From Acidobacteriota bacterium (lineage in GTDB: Bacteria > Acidobacteriota > UBA890 > WLXD01): a stretch of DNA of 64,000 nt. Numbering within the stretch: position 1 is the first letter of the stretch; every line of letters starts with the position of its first letter. The notes beneath the pieces were generated by a model. That model was not told the DNA's origin and made no database searches. It worked only from the letters and a program-made list of their open reading frames with translations. Location of the stretch: positions 5,536,001 to 5,600,000 of the forward strand of contig CBDFKD010000002.1 of the NCBI GenBank assembly GCA_965248695.1. The letters are read 5' to 3'. Shown in pieces: positions 10,000 through 19,607 of the stretch. A program made the translations under genes and the position numbers.

Positions 10000-10292
10000 A
10001 TGGAGACCTCCATCAGGACCTCTTTTGGGGGCTCCGGGCTCTCCGTCATACTCCCGGTCGTTTCGCTCTAGCGGTACTCGCGCTGCCCATCGGCGTTGGT
10101 GTGAACCTCGCCGTCTTCGCGGCTGTCCACGGCGTGCTTCTCTCCCCGCTACCGTACGCCGACTCAGTTGACCTGGTATCGGTCACGCTCGTACGCCCGA
10201 ACGATGTTGCTCTCGATATCGGCAACAGACGCTCCAGCCTTGAGAGCGCACTCATTTCGGGGTACCGCAAGAAGGATCACCGCGCGCGGTGA
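10000..10292 (+). pseudogene. Frameshifted N-terminal fragment of an ADOP (acidobacterial duplicated orphan permease)
   Basis: MET/[frameshift]HQDLFWGLRALRHTPGRFALAVLALPIGVGVNLAVFAAVHGVLLSPLPY matches the ADOP N-terminal consensus; stops after about 97 codons. Confidence 0.7.
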
Positions 10293-10485
10293 TCGGTGGG
10301 ACGCAGCTCTATCCGCGTGTACCCGTGCCGCCACCGGCGTTCACTGACCGGGCCTGACGCCCCACTCTCCAGACGCCCCGTTCTTCGAGACTCGGGCGGT
10401 GTGCGCACGCTGCTACGGTGCTAACGAGACTGTCTGGCCGACCTGCTTGCAGCGTCTGTGGCGCGAGCTGGCATAAGGGGTTTTC

Positions 10486-13400
10486 ATGCCTTCTAGCTAT
10501 CGTGAAACGGTGAGCCTCATGACGAATCGTCCTGTCCGACGTTGCTTCGTCTGGCGGGCTGCGCGGGCTGCTGTTAGATGCAGCTTTGTAATTGTGCTGG
10601 CCTCCACGATGTCGATCCAGGTGCCTTCGACTTTGGCGACCGATGACCGGGTCGCCTTGTCTGCCGAGGCCCCTCAGGTGCCGGAGGGGATCACCAGTCC
10701 GGAGTGGGGGCAGCTGCGTCGCCAGATCGAGGCGGCGCAAGACGCCGTGCGCTGGGAGCGTAGTGGCGCAGGCACGGATGAAGGTACGGATGCCGGGAGC
10801 TGGCAGGCGGCAAACCGTGCTCACCGGCTCGTCACTAGCTTCGACGAACACGGGATTCAGATGCGCCCGAACGGCAGCGACGACACTGTGTCTTGGGAGC
10901 TATCGCTGCGGCTGCTGGAGTACGGGTACGAAGGTGCCATGGTGTCGGCACGGGCGGCTGATCCGCAGGGGTACGGGCGTCGGGTGCGTTACGACCGCGG
11001 CGATCTGAAGGAGTGGTTCGTCAACGATTCCCGCGGGCTGGAGCAGGGGTGGACGCTGGTGCAACGTCCCGAGCCGCCGGCTGCCGCTGGCGGATCGCAA
11101 CCAGACGAGTCTCCCCTGAGGCTGCGGCTACAGGTGGGCGGGTCGTTGCGACCACACAGCATCGACAGCTCGGCGGTGGCCCTTGTCGATGCCGACGGCG
11201 AAGCGATGCTGCGCTACGGCGGCCTGGTTGCCTGGGATGCGACGGGCGAGCCGGTGGCGGCCCGTATGACGGCCGGCGCGTCGGAGATTTGGATCGAGGT
11301 CGAGGATGCCGAGGCGAGCTATCCACTGACCGTCGATCCGTTCTTTCAACAGGCCCAGCTCCAAGCCTCCGACCGGGAGGATGACGACGATTTCGGCGAT
11401 GCGGTGGCGATCTCGGGCGACACGGCGATTGTCGGGGCCCCTGAAGAGGACACCGGGGGCGGGGGCGCTGGCGCAGCCTACCTCTTCGACCGTCACCAGG
11501 GAGGCACCAACCTCTGGGGACAGGTGGCCAAGATCCAGGCCTCCGACAGGGAGGCTGGCGACGATTTCGGCGAGTCGGTGGCGATCTCGGGCGATACGGC
11601 GATTATCGGGGCCGATGACGAGGACACTGGCGGTAACGGCGCGGGTTCAGCCTACCTCTTCCGCCGTAACACGGGAGGCGCGAACAACTGGGGACAGGTG
11701 GCCAAGATCCAGGCCTCCGATATAGAGGCTGGCGACGACTTCGGCGAAGCGGTAGCGATCTCGGGCAATACCGCCGTCGTGGGGTCCAAGTTCGAAGACA
11801 CCGGGGGCAGCGATGCCGGCGCTGCGTATGTGTTCGATCGCAATCAGGGGGGCGCGAACAACTGGGGACAAGTCAGGAAGATCCAGGCCTCCGACAAGCA
11901 GACGGACGACGAGTTTGGAGAATCTGTGGGGATCTCCGGCGACACGGTCGTCGTCGGGGCTGACCACATCGCTGTCCGCAAAGGCGCGGCATACGTGTTC
12001 GCTCGCACTAAAGGGGGCGCGAACAATTGGGGACAGGTGGCCAAGCTCCAGGCCTCCGACGGGGTGGATGGTGACGATTTCGGAGAGTCGGTAGGGATCG
12101 ACGGCGACCTCGTTATCGTCGGTGCGGAAGACAAGGCCGCCCAGGTTGGCGCGGCATACGTGTTCGGTCGCAATTGGAAGGGTACGAACGCCTGGGGACA
12201 GGTGGACAAGCTGCTGGCCTCCGACGGGGTGGCTGGCGACGAGTTCGGCATGTCCGTGTCGATCTCGGGCGCTACCGTCATCGTCGGCGCTCCCGACAAC
12301 GACACCGGGGGCCTCTCCGCGGGGGCAGCATACGTGTCTGTTTTCTTACAGGCGCCAGTGGCTGCGGACGACAACTACACGACATCCCAGGACACGCCGC
12401 TGGTGGTGCCGGCAAGTACGGGCGTGCTGTCCAATGACACCGACCCAGATGGCGACGCCCTGACAGCGATCCTCGAAACCGGCCCGACCAACGGCACGCT
12501 GGCGCTCAGCAGCGACGGATCGTTCACCTACACCCCCAACGCGGGGTTCGTAGGCACCGACTCGTTCACGTACGCGGCCAACGACGGCGACAGCAACACC
12601 AACAACTCCAAGACTGCGACGGCGAGCATCGAGGTCGGTGCCATCGGTGTGGGCCCGGCAGCCAACGACGATGCGTTCTCGACGGTTCAGTTCGACCCGC
12701 TGGCGGTCAACGGCGTGCTCGACAACGACACCGGCACAGCCCTCACGGCCGCGCTGGTATCGAGCACCACGAACGGCACGCTCAGTTTGAGCGCCGACGG
12801 CTCGTTTACGTACTCTCCAACGGGTTCGTTCTTCGGCACCGACTCGTTCACCTACCAGGCGGTGTCGGGCGGTGTGGCCTCCAACGTGGCCACGGCTACC
12901 ATCACGGTGGCGGCATGCGCCACCGGCATCACCTCTGCTGACAAGGGAGTGGGCGATAGGGCGGCGACGTTTTCTGTCGGGGTGACTTCCAATGGCAGCC
13001 GGTGTCCCTGGACTGCGAGCAGCGACGTGAACTGGATCCAGATCCTGAGCGCGACGCGCTCGCTGAGCGCATCGGGACCCGGATCGGTGACCTTGCAGGT
13101 GATGCGCAACGAGACAGCGATAGGCCGCAACCGCAGGGTGCGGATCGCGGGGGCGATCTTCACCGTCAAGCAGGGTCCGGCCCCGTGCACGTTCGCCCCC
13201 TCGGTGATCACGCAGAGCTTCACGGCCGAGGGAGGCGACAGCTTCTTTGGGGTGGACACACTGGAGGGATGCGAGTGGACCGCCAGCAGCGACGCACGCT
13301 GGGTGCAGATCCTGGACAACGCCCGCACCGGCGACGGACAGGTGCGCTACACGGTGAGCTCGACGCGCGGAGATCGCCGCAGAGCTACGATCAGCTTCGG

Positions 13401-14280
13401 CGACAGCTCCCACAACGTGGTGCAGCTGGGGCGCCGCTCAGCGGACCATCCCGCGCCGCCGAAGCGCATGCAGCTAGAGGTACGCAATTCCGGCACGGTG
13501 AAGGTGAGCTGGAAGGACAAGGCCGACAACGAGACTGGCTATACGGTGCAGCACAACGACGCCGTGGCGGTGCTGGCGCCGAACCGGGAGATGTACCTGG
13601 ATACGGAAGCAGTGGCCGGCAAGGCCAACTGTTACACGATCCAATCGTTCAACGACGCGGGCATGTCCGGGCCAGTGAAGGCGTGCATCGGGATACCCGC
13701 GAGCCGAGCCACCCGTGCGGGGGCGGAGGCTCGAGCGGTCGACGTACCGGAGAGGCCCCACTACATCACCGCGCCGGCTAGGCGGGTCATGGTGGATGCT
13801 GAGGCGGGCCCATTGCCGACGCTACCGACGGTGCGCATCTACAAGGCGTACGAGCCTTGGGGTGAGGCAACGGTGGAAGCGGCGCTAGAGGCGCGAGGCT
13901 ACGTGCGGGGCGAGAGCCTGTTCGTTCATCCGATGCGCGAGCTGGCGGCGGGCATTCCCGAGAACACCCGCATCGTCATGATCCCGTCGGCCAGCGATGG
14001 CGACCGGCTAGGGCAGGTGAGCGCCGTGAACGCCGCGCCGGCCCGCAAGGCGCTGCGGAGGTTCGTCAAGACCGGCGGCAATGTCGTGTTGCACCGCTTC
14101 TCGCAGGGGGCGGCATACCATATTCCGGTAAGGGCGCCGCGCCCCGGGCGCCTGGGTGGTTATGACGTGCACGGGCGCGGAGCCGGAGCAGTCTACGCGA
14201 CCGACAAAGCCGTTGATCACCCGGTGGCCGGGGAGGTTGCCCGGCTGCTGGAGCGCATGCTGGATCGTCTCGTGCGCTAG
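10486..14280 (+). CDS. Large secreted/surface protein: N-terminal domain, 6 FG-GAP repeats, 2 Ig-like (tandem-95/Big_9) domains, 2 BACON-like domains, FN3, C-terminal domain
   Basis: LQASD..DDFG.SVAISGDT..VGA repeats, GVLSNDTDPDGD/GSFTYTP, CPWTASSDVNWI and CEWTASSDARWV, VSWKDKADNETGY. Start uncertain. Confidence 0.85.
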   Translation: MPSSYRETVSLMTNRPVRRCFVWRAARAAVRCSFVIVLASTMSIQVPSTLATDDRVALSAEAPQVPEGITSPEWGQLRRQIEAAQDAVRWERSGAGTDEGTDAGSWQAANRAHRLVTSFDEHGIQMRPNGSDDTVSWELSLRLLEYGYEGAMVSARAADPQGYGRRVRYDRGDLKEWFVNDSRGLEQGWTLVQRPEPPAAAGGSQPDESPLRLRLQVGGSLRPHSIDSSAVALVDADGEAMLRYGGLVAWDATGEPVAARMTAGASEIWIEVEDAEASYPLTVDPFFQQAQLQASDREDDDDFGDAVAISGDTAIVGAPEEDTGGGGAGAAYLFDRHQGGTNLWGQVAKIQASDREAGDDFGESVAISGDTAIIGADDEDTGGNGAGSAYLFRRNTGGANNWGQVAKIQASDIEAGDDFGEAVAISGNTAVVGSKFEDTGGSDAGAAYVFDRNQGGANNWGQVRKIQASDKQTDDEFGESVGISGDTVVVGADHIAVRKGAAYVFARTKGGANNWGQVAKLQASDGVDGDDFGESVGIDGDLVIVGAEDKAAQVGAAYVFGRNWKGTNAWGQVDKLLASDGVAGDEFGMSVSISGATVIVGAPDNDTGGLSAGAAYVSVFLQAPVAADDNYTTSQDTPLVVPASTGVLSNDTDPDGDALTAILETGPTNGTLALSSDGSFTYTPNAGFVGTDSFTYAANDGDSNTNNSKTATASIEVGAIGVGPAANDDAFSTVQFDPLAVNGVLDNDTGTALTAALVSSTTNGTLSLSADGSFTYSPTGSFFGTDSFTYQAVSGGVASNVATATITVAACATGITSADKGVGDRAATFSVGVTSNGSRCPWTASSDVNWIQILSATRSLSASGPGSVTLQVMRNETAIGRNRRVRIAGAIFTVKQGPAPCTFAPSVITQSFTAEGGDSFFGVDTLEGCEWTASSDARWVQILDNARTGDGQVRYTVSSTRGDRRRATISFGDSSHNVVQLGRRSADHPAPPKRMQLEVRNSGTVKVSWKDKADNETGYTVQHNDAVAVLAPNREMYLDTEAVAGKANCYTIQSFNDAGMSGPVKACIGIPASRATRAGAEARAVDVPERPHYITAPARRVMVDAEAGPLPTLPTVRIYKAYEPWGEATVEAALEARGYVRGESLFVHPMRELAAGIPENTRIVMIPSASDGDRLGQVSAVNAAPARKALRRFVKTGGNVVLHRFSQGAAYHIPVRAPRPGRLGGYDVHGRGAGAVYATDKAVDHPVAGEVARLLERMLDRLVR
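11347..12340 (+). repeat. Six coding FG-GAP repeats of about 160-177 bp
   Basis: Recurrent TGGGGACAGGTGGCCAAGATCCAGGCCTCCGA-like DNA units. Confidence 0.85.
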
Positions 14281-14372
14281 CGTGTAGCTTGCAGATAGGT
14301 GACTACGAATCACGATTCAACGTCGCGTCGCGTGTGCGGTACACCTCCCCATACCGCCGACACCGAGCTGCG

Positions 14373-14399
14373 GGCGGCATGGCGACCGTCTACCTGGCC
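14373..14399 (+). pseudogene. Scar of a Ser/Thr kinase Gly-rich loop
   Basis: ggc ggc atg gcg acc gtc tac ctg gcc = GGMATVYLA in intergenic DNA, preceded by degenerate YR..EL codons. Confidence 0.55.
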
Positions 14400-14423
14400 G
14401 CCTCGAGCACCTCGCCGTAAGCC

Positions 14424-16493
14424 CTAGAAGTTATTCGGATAGTCGCCGGGTTCGCCGGCGTGCATACTTTCGGACCACTGCCAATCGAACACCGGCCGAA
14501 CCACGTTGCAGATGAGCTCGTTCACGGCGCGGTGGCTTTGCTGCCACGCCGCGTTGGTGAGCGAAACCCACGCGGCATCCGAGTTCGAGATCGTAATCCG
14601 ACCGAATTGCTGACGACCGACCACCCATGGGGCATCCATGCGATGCGCCCAGTCGGGATCGTACAGCTCATTCGACCCGGGGGCGTACGCATGACTCCAG
14701 CGGTTGATGATGATGCCCGCGACATCGCGCTGTGAGTCAAAGCCACCAGGTCCCAGGACGCGATCGAGCTGGTCGCGGATGTTGCGCTCGAACGTTTCGA
14801 AGGTGATCTGCTGCAGCTCGGCCCGGCTGGCCTTCCATTGTTCGCGCGGCGGCAGCCCGGAGCCCGCCTTCTCCAGGATGCGAGCGGTGAGGCCCATCCG
14901 GACGACAATCGGTTCGTCCGGCGAGGACGCGTTCTGATATCCGCCGATGGCCGCCGGGACGGCGAGCCCGATCGACTCATAGAACATGCCTGGGCAGCTG
15001 ATCGACGAGACGCCCAGCTTCTGGAACGCACGCCAGTTACGGATGGCCACGTTGGTCGCGACGAGCGGCTTCCGCACCGCCATCCGTAGCGCCTCCTTCT
15101 GCGTCTCCGGCAGGTCCGGCACCATATGGGGCACGATGTTGTTGGGGCAGGCCATCACGACGCCGCGGGCGCGGACGGTGTGGGCTCTGCCGTCATGCAG
15201 ATAGGCCACCTCGACTTCCTTGGCCGTCATAGGGTCGCCCAGGTGCCTGGCGCGCATCCCCATGCTCGACAGACGAATGCGCACATCGTTCGTCGGACGG
15301 TCCAGGGCGTCGTAGTCGATATGTTGCAGGACCGAATCATCGGCCGTGCGGCCTGGCAAGGCGTCCGGTATCAGCCACCGGACCAAGAGCCGCGCCGCGG
15401 TGGTCGCGTTGTCGGGCCAGGCGATGTTCCGCCCCGGGTCTTTGACCAGGTTGGACAACTGCGAGGCGGGCGGGAGGGACATCCCGTTGAAGCCGGGCGC
15501 GCCTTTCCGCCAGGCATACCAGGCGCTATAGGTATCCGGACCGGCGGTCTGGTTGGTCCCGCCCGTGCCGCCCACCGAGAGGACATGGGCTACCGCGTCG
15601 GGATGGATCTTGACGACCTTGCTCGCAAAGTCGATGTAGCTCATTTTCTTGAGCTGCTCGACTTTATCCGCGGTCGGGACGCCGGGCATCCAGTCGCGGT
15701 GCTCGGTGAACAGCTTCAACAAGCCCTCTCGGGTGCCGGCTGAATACGGCGTCTGGGCAAAGAACTCGGCGAACCGAGCACTCGTCGTCCCTTCCTCGCC
15801 CCTGGTTCCCCGGAGGCCCAATTCGGGCGGTGGGTCCATAATGAGCCGGTCCTCACCAGAGGACTCCTTGTCGAAGAACACCGCTCGCCGGAGACCCAAC
15901 TTTCGCGGGGCGTTCGGGTTCTTGGCCACTTCTCTATCGTGGTGCGCGCGGTCGATCCCGATATCGCGCATCAGCTCCTGTGCCTCGGGCGTAAACGTAT
16001 TCGGACGCCAGAGGGCGGCGGTGCCGCCGCCCGCGATCAGGCGCTTGCCGTCCACCATGAATTCGTTGCGCACGGCGTGGCCCCCGAAATCCTCGCACGC
16101 ATCGATCAGCAGGACCTTCGAGTGCGGGATCTGCTTCCGATAAAAATAGGCGGCGCCAAGTCCGGCCATGCCGGCACCAACGACAACCAGGTCGTAGAAC
16201 TCGCCGGTATCGACCGGGGCGCTGAACGCTTGCCCGTCGCGGACGGCATGCCCCGCATTCATGGCCGCGTCAGTTTGCCCGCGGAGCCCTGTGATGCTGG
16301 GTGGATAATCCGAAGGCGGCGGTGACGGCAGCGGCAGTTGCGGGGATGCCGTCTGCGCATGCGCGGGGGTGGCGCCTGCCAGAGTGGAGACCACCATCGT
16401 CCCGCCGACGGTCACGGCCACGCCGTCCAGGAAATCCCGCCGTGAGATTTCTGCATCCATGCCGAGTGCGCGATCACGCTTCTTCTTGTTCAT
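14424..16493 (-). CDS. Tat-exported FAD oxidoreductase, spermidine dehydrogenase (SpdH)-like
   Basis: ISRRDFLDG Tat motif, YPPSITGLRG, DLVVVGAGMAGL, DFGGHAVRNEF, INRWSHAY and GRITISNSDA. AGGAG RBS before ATG 16493. Confidence 0.8.
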   Translation of the reverse strand: MNKKKRDRALGMDAEISRRDFLDGVAVTVGGTMVVSTLAGATPAHAQTASPQLPLPSPPPSDYPPSITGLRGQTDAAMNAGHAVRDGQAFSAPVDTGEFYDLVVVGAGMAGLGAAYFYRKQIPHSKVLLIDACEDFGGHAVRNEFMVDGKRLIAGGGTAALWRPNTFTPEAQELMRDIGIDRAHHDREVAKNPNAPRKLGLRRAVFFDKESSGEDRLIMDPPPELGLRGTRGEEGTTSARFAEFFAQTPYSAGTREGLLKLFTEHRDWMPGVPTADKVEQLKKMSYIDFASKVVKIHPDAVAHVLSVGGTGGTNQTAGPDTYSAWYAWRKGAPGFNGMSLPPASQLSNLVKDPGRNIAWPDNATTAARLLVRWLIPDALPGRTADDSVLQHIDYDALDRPTNDVRIRLSSMGMRARHLGDPMTAKEVEVAYLHDGRAHTVRARGVVMACPNNIVPHMVPDLPETQKEALRMAVRKPLVATNVAIRNWRAFQKLGVSSISCPGMFYESIGLAVPAAIGGYQNASSPDEPIVVRMGLTARILEKAGSGLPPREQWKASRAELQQITFETFERNIRDQLDRVLGPGGFDSQRDVAGIIINRWSHAYAPGSNELYDPDWAHRMDAPWVVGRQQFGRITISNSDAAWVSLTNAAWQQSHRAVNELICNVVRPVFDWQWSESMHAGEPGDYPNNF

Positions 16494-16740
16494 GACATAT
16501 CTCCTGTCAACAAGATCACGAAGGCCCCAAGTCGCTTGCCCGGGGAAGGCCAACCGCCCGAGGTTCGGATCCAGTCCGTTGGTGTGACAGATGCTACGCC
16601 AACGAAAGCCCACTGCGACATGTAGATAGGGCTCGGATGCAAGCACGGCGTCGCCACTATGTCCAGGCCGAGCGCTAGGGCCGCACCCCGCATGGTGGTG
16701 ATGCCGAGATGCTGCGTAACGTGCAGTTCTGGACCATGTA

Positions 16741-16805
16741 AAGCCGATCCACGTCGCTCTCAACTGGTTCGACGAGCTGAAGCGGCACGTGCGACGGACC
16801 GGTAG
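16741..16805 (+). pseudogene. Scar of the C-terminal tail of a Ser/Thr kinase-PD40 protein
   Basis: KPIHVALNWFDELKRHV resembles the conserved 'IHVVLNWFEELKRLVP' tail; frameshifted just before a TAG. Confidence 0.6.
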
Positions 16806-17077
16806 TTCCCTATCCCACCCTCGCGAGCCGCGCCACGTACTCAGTATGCGGTTCAACATCCTGGCCGTCGGCGAAACCGCCTATTGCACATCCGCACCGG
16901 CGGACAAGTGATATACGCGCTCCGCCGGATGGCGACGCGGCGCCGACGCCCCTAGGTTCGGACCTCTGGACGATTGTGGTCCGCACATGGAGCTGCGGCC
17001 CGCCACGATACTGCCACCCTAGCCATCTTCATCGCACGTCACTAATTTCCGGCCAAACGCCGCGAATGGAGAAAAAG

Positions 17078-17818
17078 ATGAAACGGAATGTACTAGTACT
17101 TGCCACCATCGTCGTCGCGATCGCCGCGATCGGGTCGGGCTTCGCGCTCGCAGCCGGTGGTGAGAGCAGAACCCTCAGCGCAACGGCGGGAGGGAACCGA
17201 ACGCAGCTCAAGTTCGCCGCCGTCGACATGTTCATGCATGTCAACGCAGCCGAGGGCTTCGCGAGTCTCGGGCTCGACGTTGAAGGCGAGCCAGTCCGCC
17301 GGGTCAAGATCTTTGGCCCGAACGGCCGCAAGATCCTCGACGTCAGCACCCGGCGCACGCTGCGCCGCAACGGTCTCAACATCCTCGGGTTCGGACACGA
17401 TCAATCTTTCGACGAGCAGCCGCTTGATCGATTCAAGAAGAAGTTCCCTGCGGGCAAGTACACGGTACGTGGCGTCACCGCCGATGGTCGTGTCATCACC
17501 GGAAAGGTCATGTTCAACCATCGCATCCCGGAGAAGGTTAGCGTGACCGCACCGGCCGAGGACGCAGTCGTAACCGCCGGCGAGCCGCTGGTAGTCAGCT
17601 GGGCGCCGGTCACACAGCCAGCCGGCATCGAGGTCGAGTTCTACGGGGTGATCGTCACCGGCGACACGACAGATGTCGACGTGACGCTGCCACCCAACGC
17701 GACAAGCCTGACGGTCTCGCCAGAGGTCCTGCTCCCGGGCGACTACACAGTCGCCGTGGTCGTGATCGACCAAGGCGCTAACGAGATCCTTTCTGAGGTG
17801 CCGTTCACCGTCCAGTAA
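17078..17818 (+). CDS. Hypothetical exported beta-rich protein with C-terminal Ig/FN3-like domain
   Basis: GGAG RBS, signal peptide, KFPAGKYTVRG and VVSWAPV...VTLPPNATSLTV. Confidence 0.7.
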   Translation: MKRNVLVLATIVVAIAAIGSGFALAAGGESRTLSATAGGNRTQLKFAAVDMFMHVNAAEGFASLGLDVEGEPVRRVKIFGPNGRKILDVSTRRTLRRNGLNILGFGHDQSFDEQPLDRFKKKFPAGKYTVRGVTADGRVITGKVMFNHRIPEKVSVTAPAEDAVVTAGEPLVVSWAPVTQPAGIEVEFYGVIVTGDTTDVDVTLPPNATSLTVSPEVLLPGDYTVAVVVIDQGANEILSEVPFTVQ

Positions 17819-17956
17819 GGCACACCGCCTGCACATAGCGGCTCGTCTACGGATTTCCTCCGCTACCAGTAGATTTGGCCTGGGCCATACAGCGGCGTGC
17901 CATGGGGTGTCGCGGCGCGTTCAGCACCCTGGAGGTTCCTGGCCTTCTTCCGCGCC

Positions 17957-17993
17957 TTGCGCCCAAGATCGCTTGGGGCCAAATTGGGGCCAA
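17957..17993. repeat. Putative integrase arm-type binding sites
   Basis: TTGGGGCCAA direct repeat (17973-17982, 17984-17993) plus a degenerate copy at 17957-17966, just beyond the 3' end of the integrase remnant. Confidence 0.45.
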
Positions 17994-18073
17994 GAAACAC
18001 CCTGAAACACTTCCTTTTCGAGGCATAGACCCCCACCAAGACGCCCTCTCCACGGGGCACTGTAAACACCTTG

Positions 18074-18280
18074 TTATCCGTTCTCGGTGCTACGTAGCGC
18101 CCTCGTGGGCTCTGGTGCCAAGTTGGTGACATCGACCTGTTCATCGCGGCGCAATAGTGCGCTCCATTGCGCCGACGCGACACGCACCTTCCGGTCGTCT
18201 GGATGCACGTAGAGCATCGTCGTCTTGATGTCCTCGTGGCCCATCGAGAGCTGCGTTCCCACGAGGTCTTCCTGCGCCAT
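18074..18280 (-). pseudogene. C-terminal fragment of a tyrosine recombinase/integrase, cut by IS3
   Basis: TQLSMGHEDIKTTMLYVH = box II (GH...TT..Y) with the catalytic Tyr. Confidence 0.8.
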
Positions 18281-18346
18281 TGACCTGACCCCCGAAAACG
18301 GATCCGGATGTAATCTCACGATCTGGGTCAAGAACGGGAGGTCAGA

Positions 18347-18625
18347 ATGCCGAGTAAGAGGCACAGCGCCGAGCAGATCGTACGCAAGCTCCGGGAGGCT
18401 GAGGTGGAGCTGGCTCGAGGGGCGACGGTCAAGGATGCCTGCCGCAAGCTAGCAATCACCGAGCACACCTACTACCGGTGGCGGCGAGAGTACGGCGGAC
18501 TGAAGCTCAACCAGGCCAGAAAGCTCAAGCAACTGGAGAAGGAGAATGCCCGGCTCAAGAGGCTGGTGGCGGAAAAGGAACTCGACCTGTCGATCCTGAA
18601 GGAAGTGGCGGAGGGAAACTTCTGA
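18347..18625 (+). CDS. IS3 transposase OrfA
   Basis: Identical protein to 7636..7914. Confidence 0.95.
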   Translation: MPSKRHSAEQIVRKLREAEVELARGATVKDACRKLAITEHTYYRWRREYGGLKLNQARKLKQLEKENARLKRLVAEKELDLSILKEVAEGNF

Positions 18626-19506
18626 GCCCAGCTCGGCGGCGAGAGGCGGTGGCACATGTACGGGGGCGGCTGGGCGTCTCGGAGAGGCGGGCGTGTCGGG
18701 TACTGAAACAACCACGCACGACACACCGGTACGTGCCAAGAGAGCCGCAACAGGAGCAGATTTTGACGGAGCGGATCGTGGATTTAGCCCGACAGTACGG
18801 GCGCTACGGATATCGGAGGGTGACAGCGTTGCTGCGCATGGAGGGCTGGTCCGTGAACCACAAACGAGTGCAGCGTATCTGGCGGCGCGAAGGGCTGAAA
18901 GTACCGAGAAAACAGCCCAAACGAGCACGGCTGTGGCTGAGCGATGGCTCCTGCATCCGGCTGCGCCCACAGCACCGGGATCATGTCTGGGCGTATGACT
19001 TCCTGCACCACCGGACGCACGACGGTCGGGCTATGAGGCTGCTGACGATCGTCGATGAGTACACACGAGAAAGCCTGGCGATCCATGTAGCACGGAAGCT
19101 CAACTCTGAGGACGTGCTGGAGCAGCTCGGGAGGTTGTTCGTACACCGGGGCATACCTGAGCACATCCGGTCGGATAACGGACCAGAGTTCACCGCCGAG
19201 GCGGTTCGCGACTGGCTGGGCCGGTTGGGCGTGGGGACGCTGTTCATCGAGCCGGGCTCGCCGTGGGAGAACGGTTACGTGGAGAGCTTCAACGGCAAGC
19301 TACGCGACGAGCTGCTGGATGGAGAGATCTTCTACACGCTCAAGGAGGCAAAGGTTCTGATCGAGAGATGGCGTCAGCACTACAACCGCATGCGACCGCA
19401 CAGCTCGCTGAGCTATCGGCCGCCCGCACCCGAAGCGACGTTGTTGAAGCCGGCTGCGCTCCGCTTCGCCGGCCTCAACAACCTCTTGTCAGCACCGAGT
19501 TACTGA
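18613..19506 (+). CDS. IS3 transposase OrfB (DDE), -1 frameshift
   Basis: G-GGA-AAC at 18613-18619; DDE motifs as in copy 1. Confidence 0.93.
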   Translation, partial: GKLLSPARRREAVAHVRGRLGVSERRACRVLKQPRTTHRYVPREPQQEQILTERIVDLARQYGRYGYRRVTALLRMEGWSVNHKRVQRIWRREGLKVPRKQPKRARLWLSDGSCIRLRPQHRDHVWAYDFLHHRTHDGRAMRLLTIVDEYTRESLAIHVARKLNSEDVLEQLGRLFVHRGIPEHIRSDNGPEFTAEAVRDWLGRLGVGTLFIEPGSPWENGYVESFNGKLRDELLDGEIFYTLKEAKVLIERWRQHYNRMRPHSSLSYRPPAPEATLLKPAALRFAGLNNLLSAPSY

Positions 19507-19607
19507 GATAAGACATGGTACTAACCGCGGGGTCAGGTCAGAGGCACGATGTTGTTAAGGACCACCACAAGCGTTGGACATCCCCTGGGGGGTGCAGCGC
19601 AGTAGCG

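Larger units (their letters stand above)
18281..19540 (+). mobile_element. IS3-family element, copy 2, 1260 bp (inverted relative to copy 1)
   Basis: Same IRs and length as copy 1. Every ORF-track translation inside the element is identical to copy 1. Confidence 0.95.

Noticed and set aside
6717-19544. Target-site duplication defining a true composite transposon
   Set aside because: Outer flanks TCCT and GAGG do not match; no duplication in any pairing of the four flanks.
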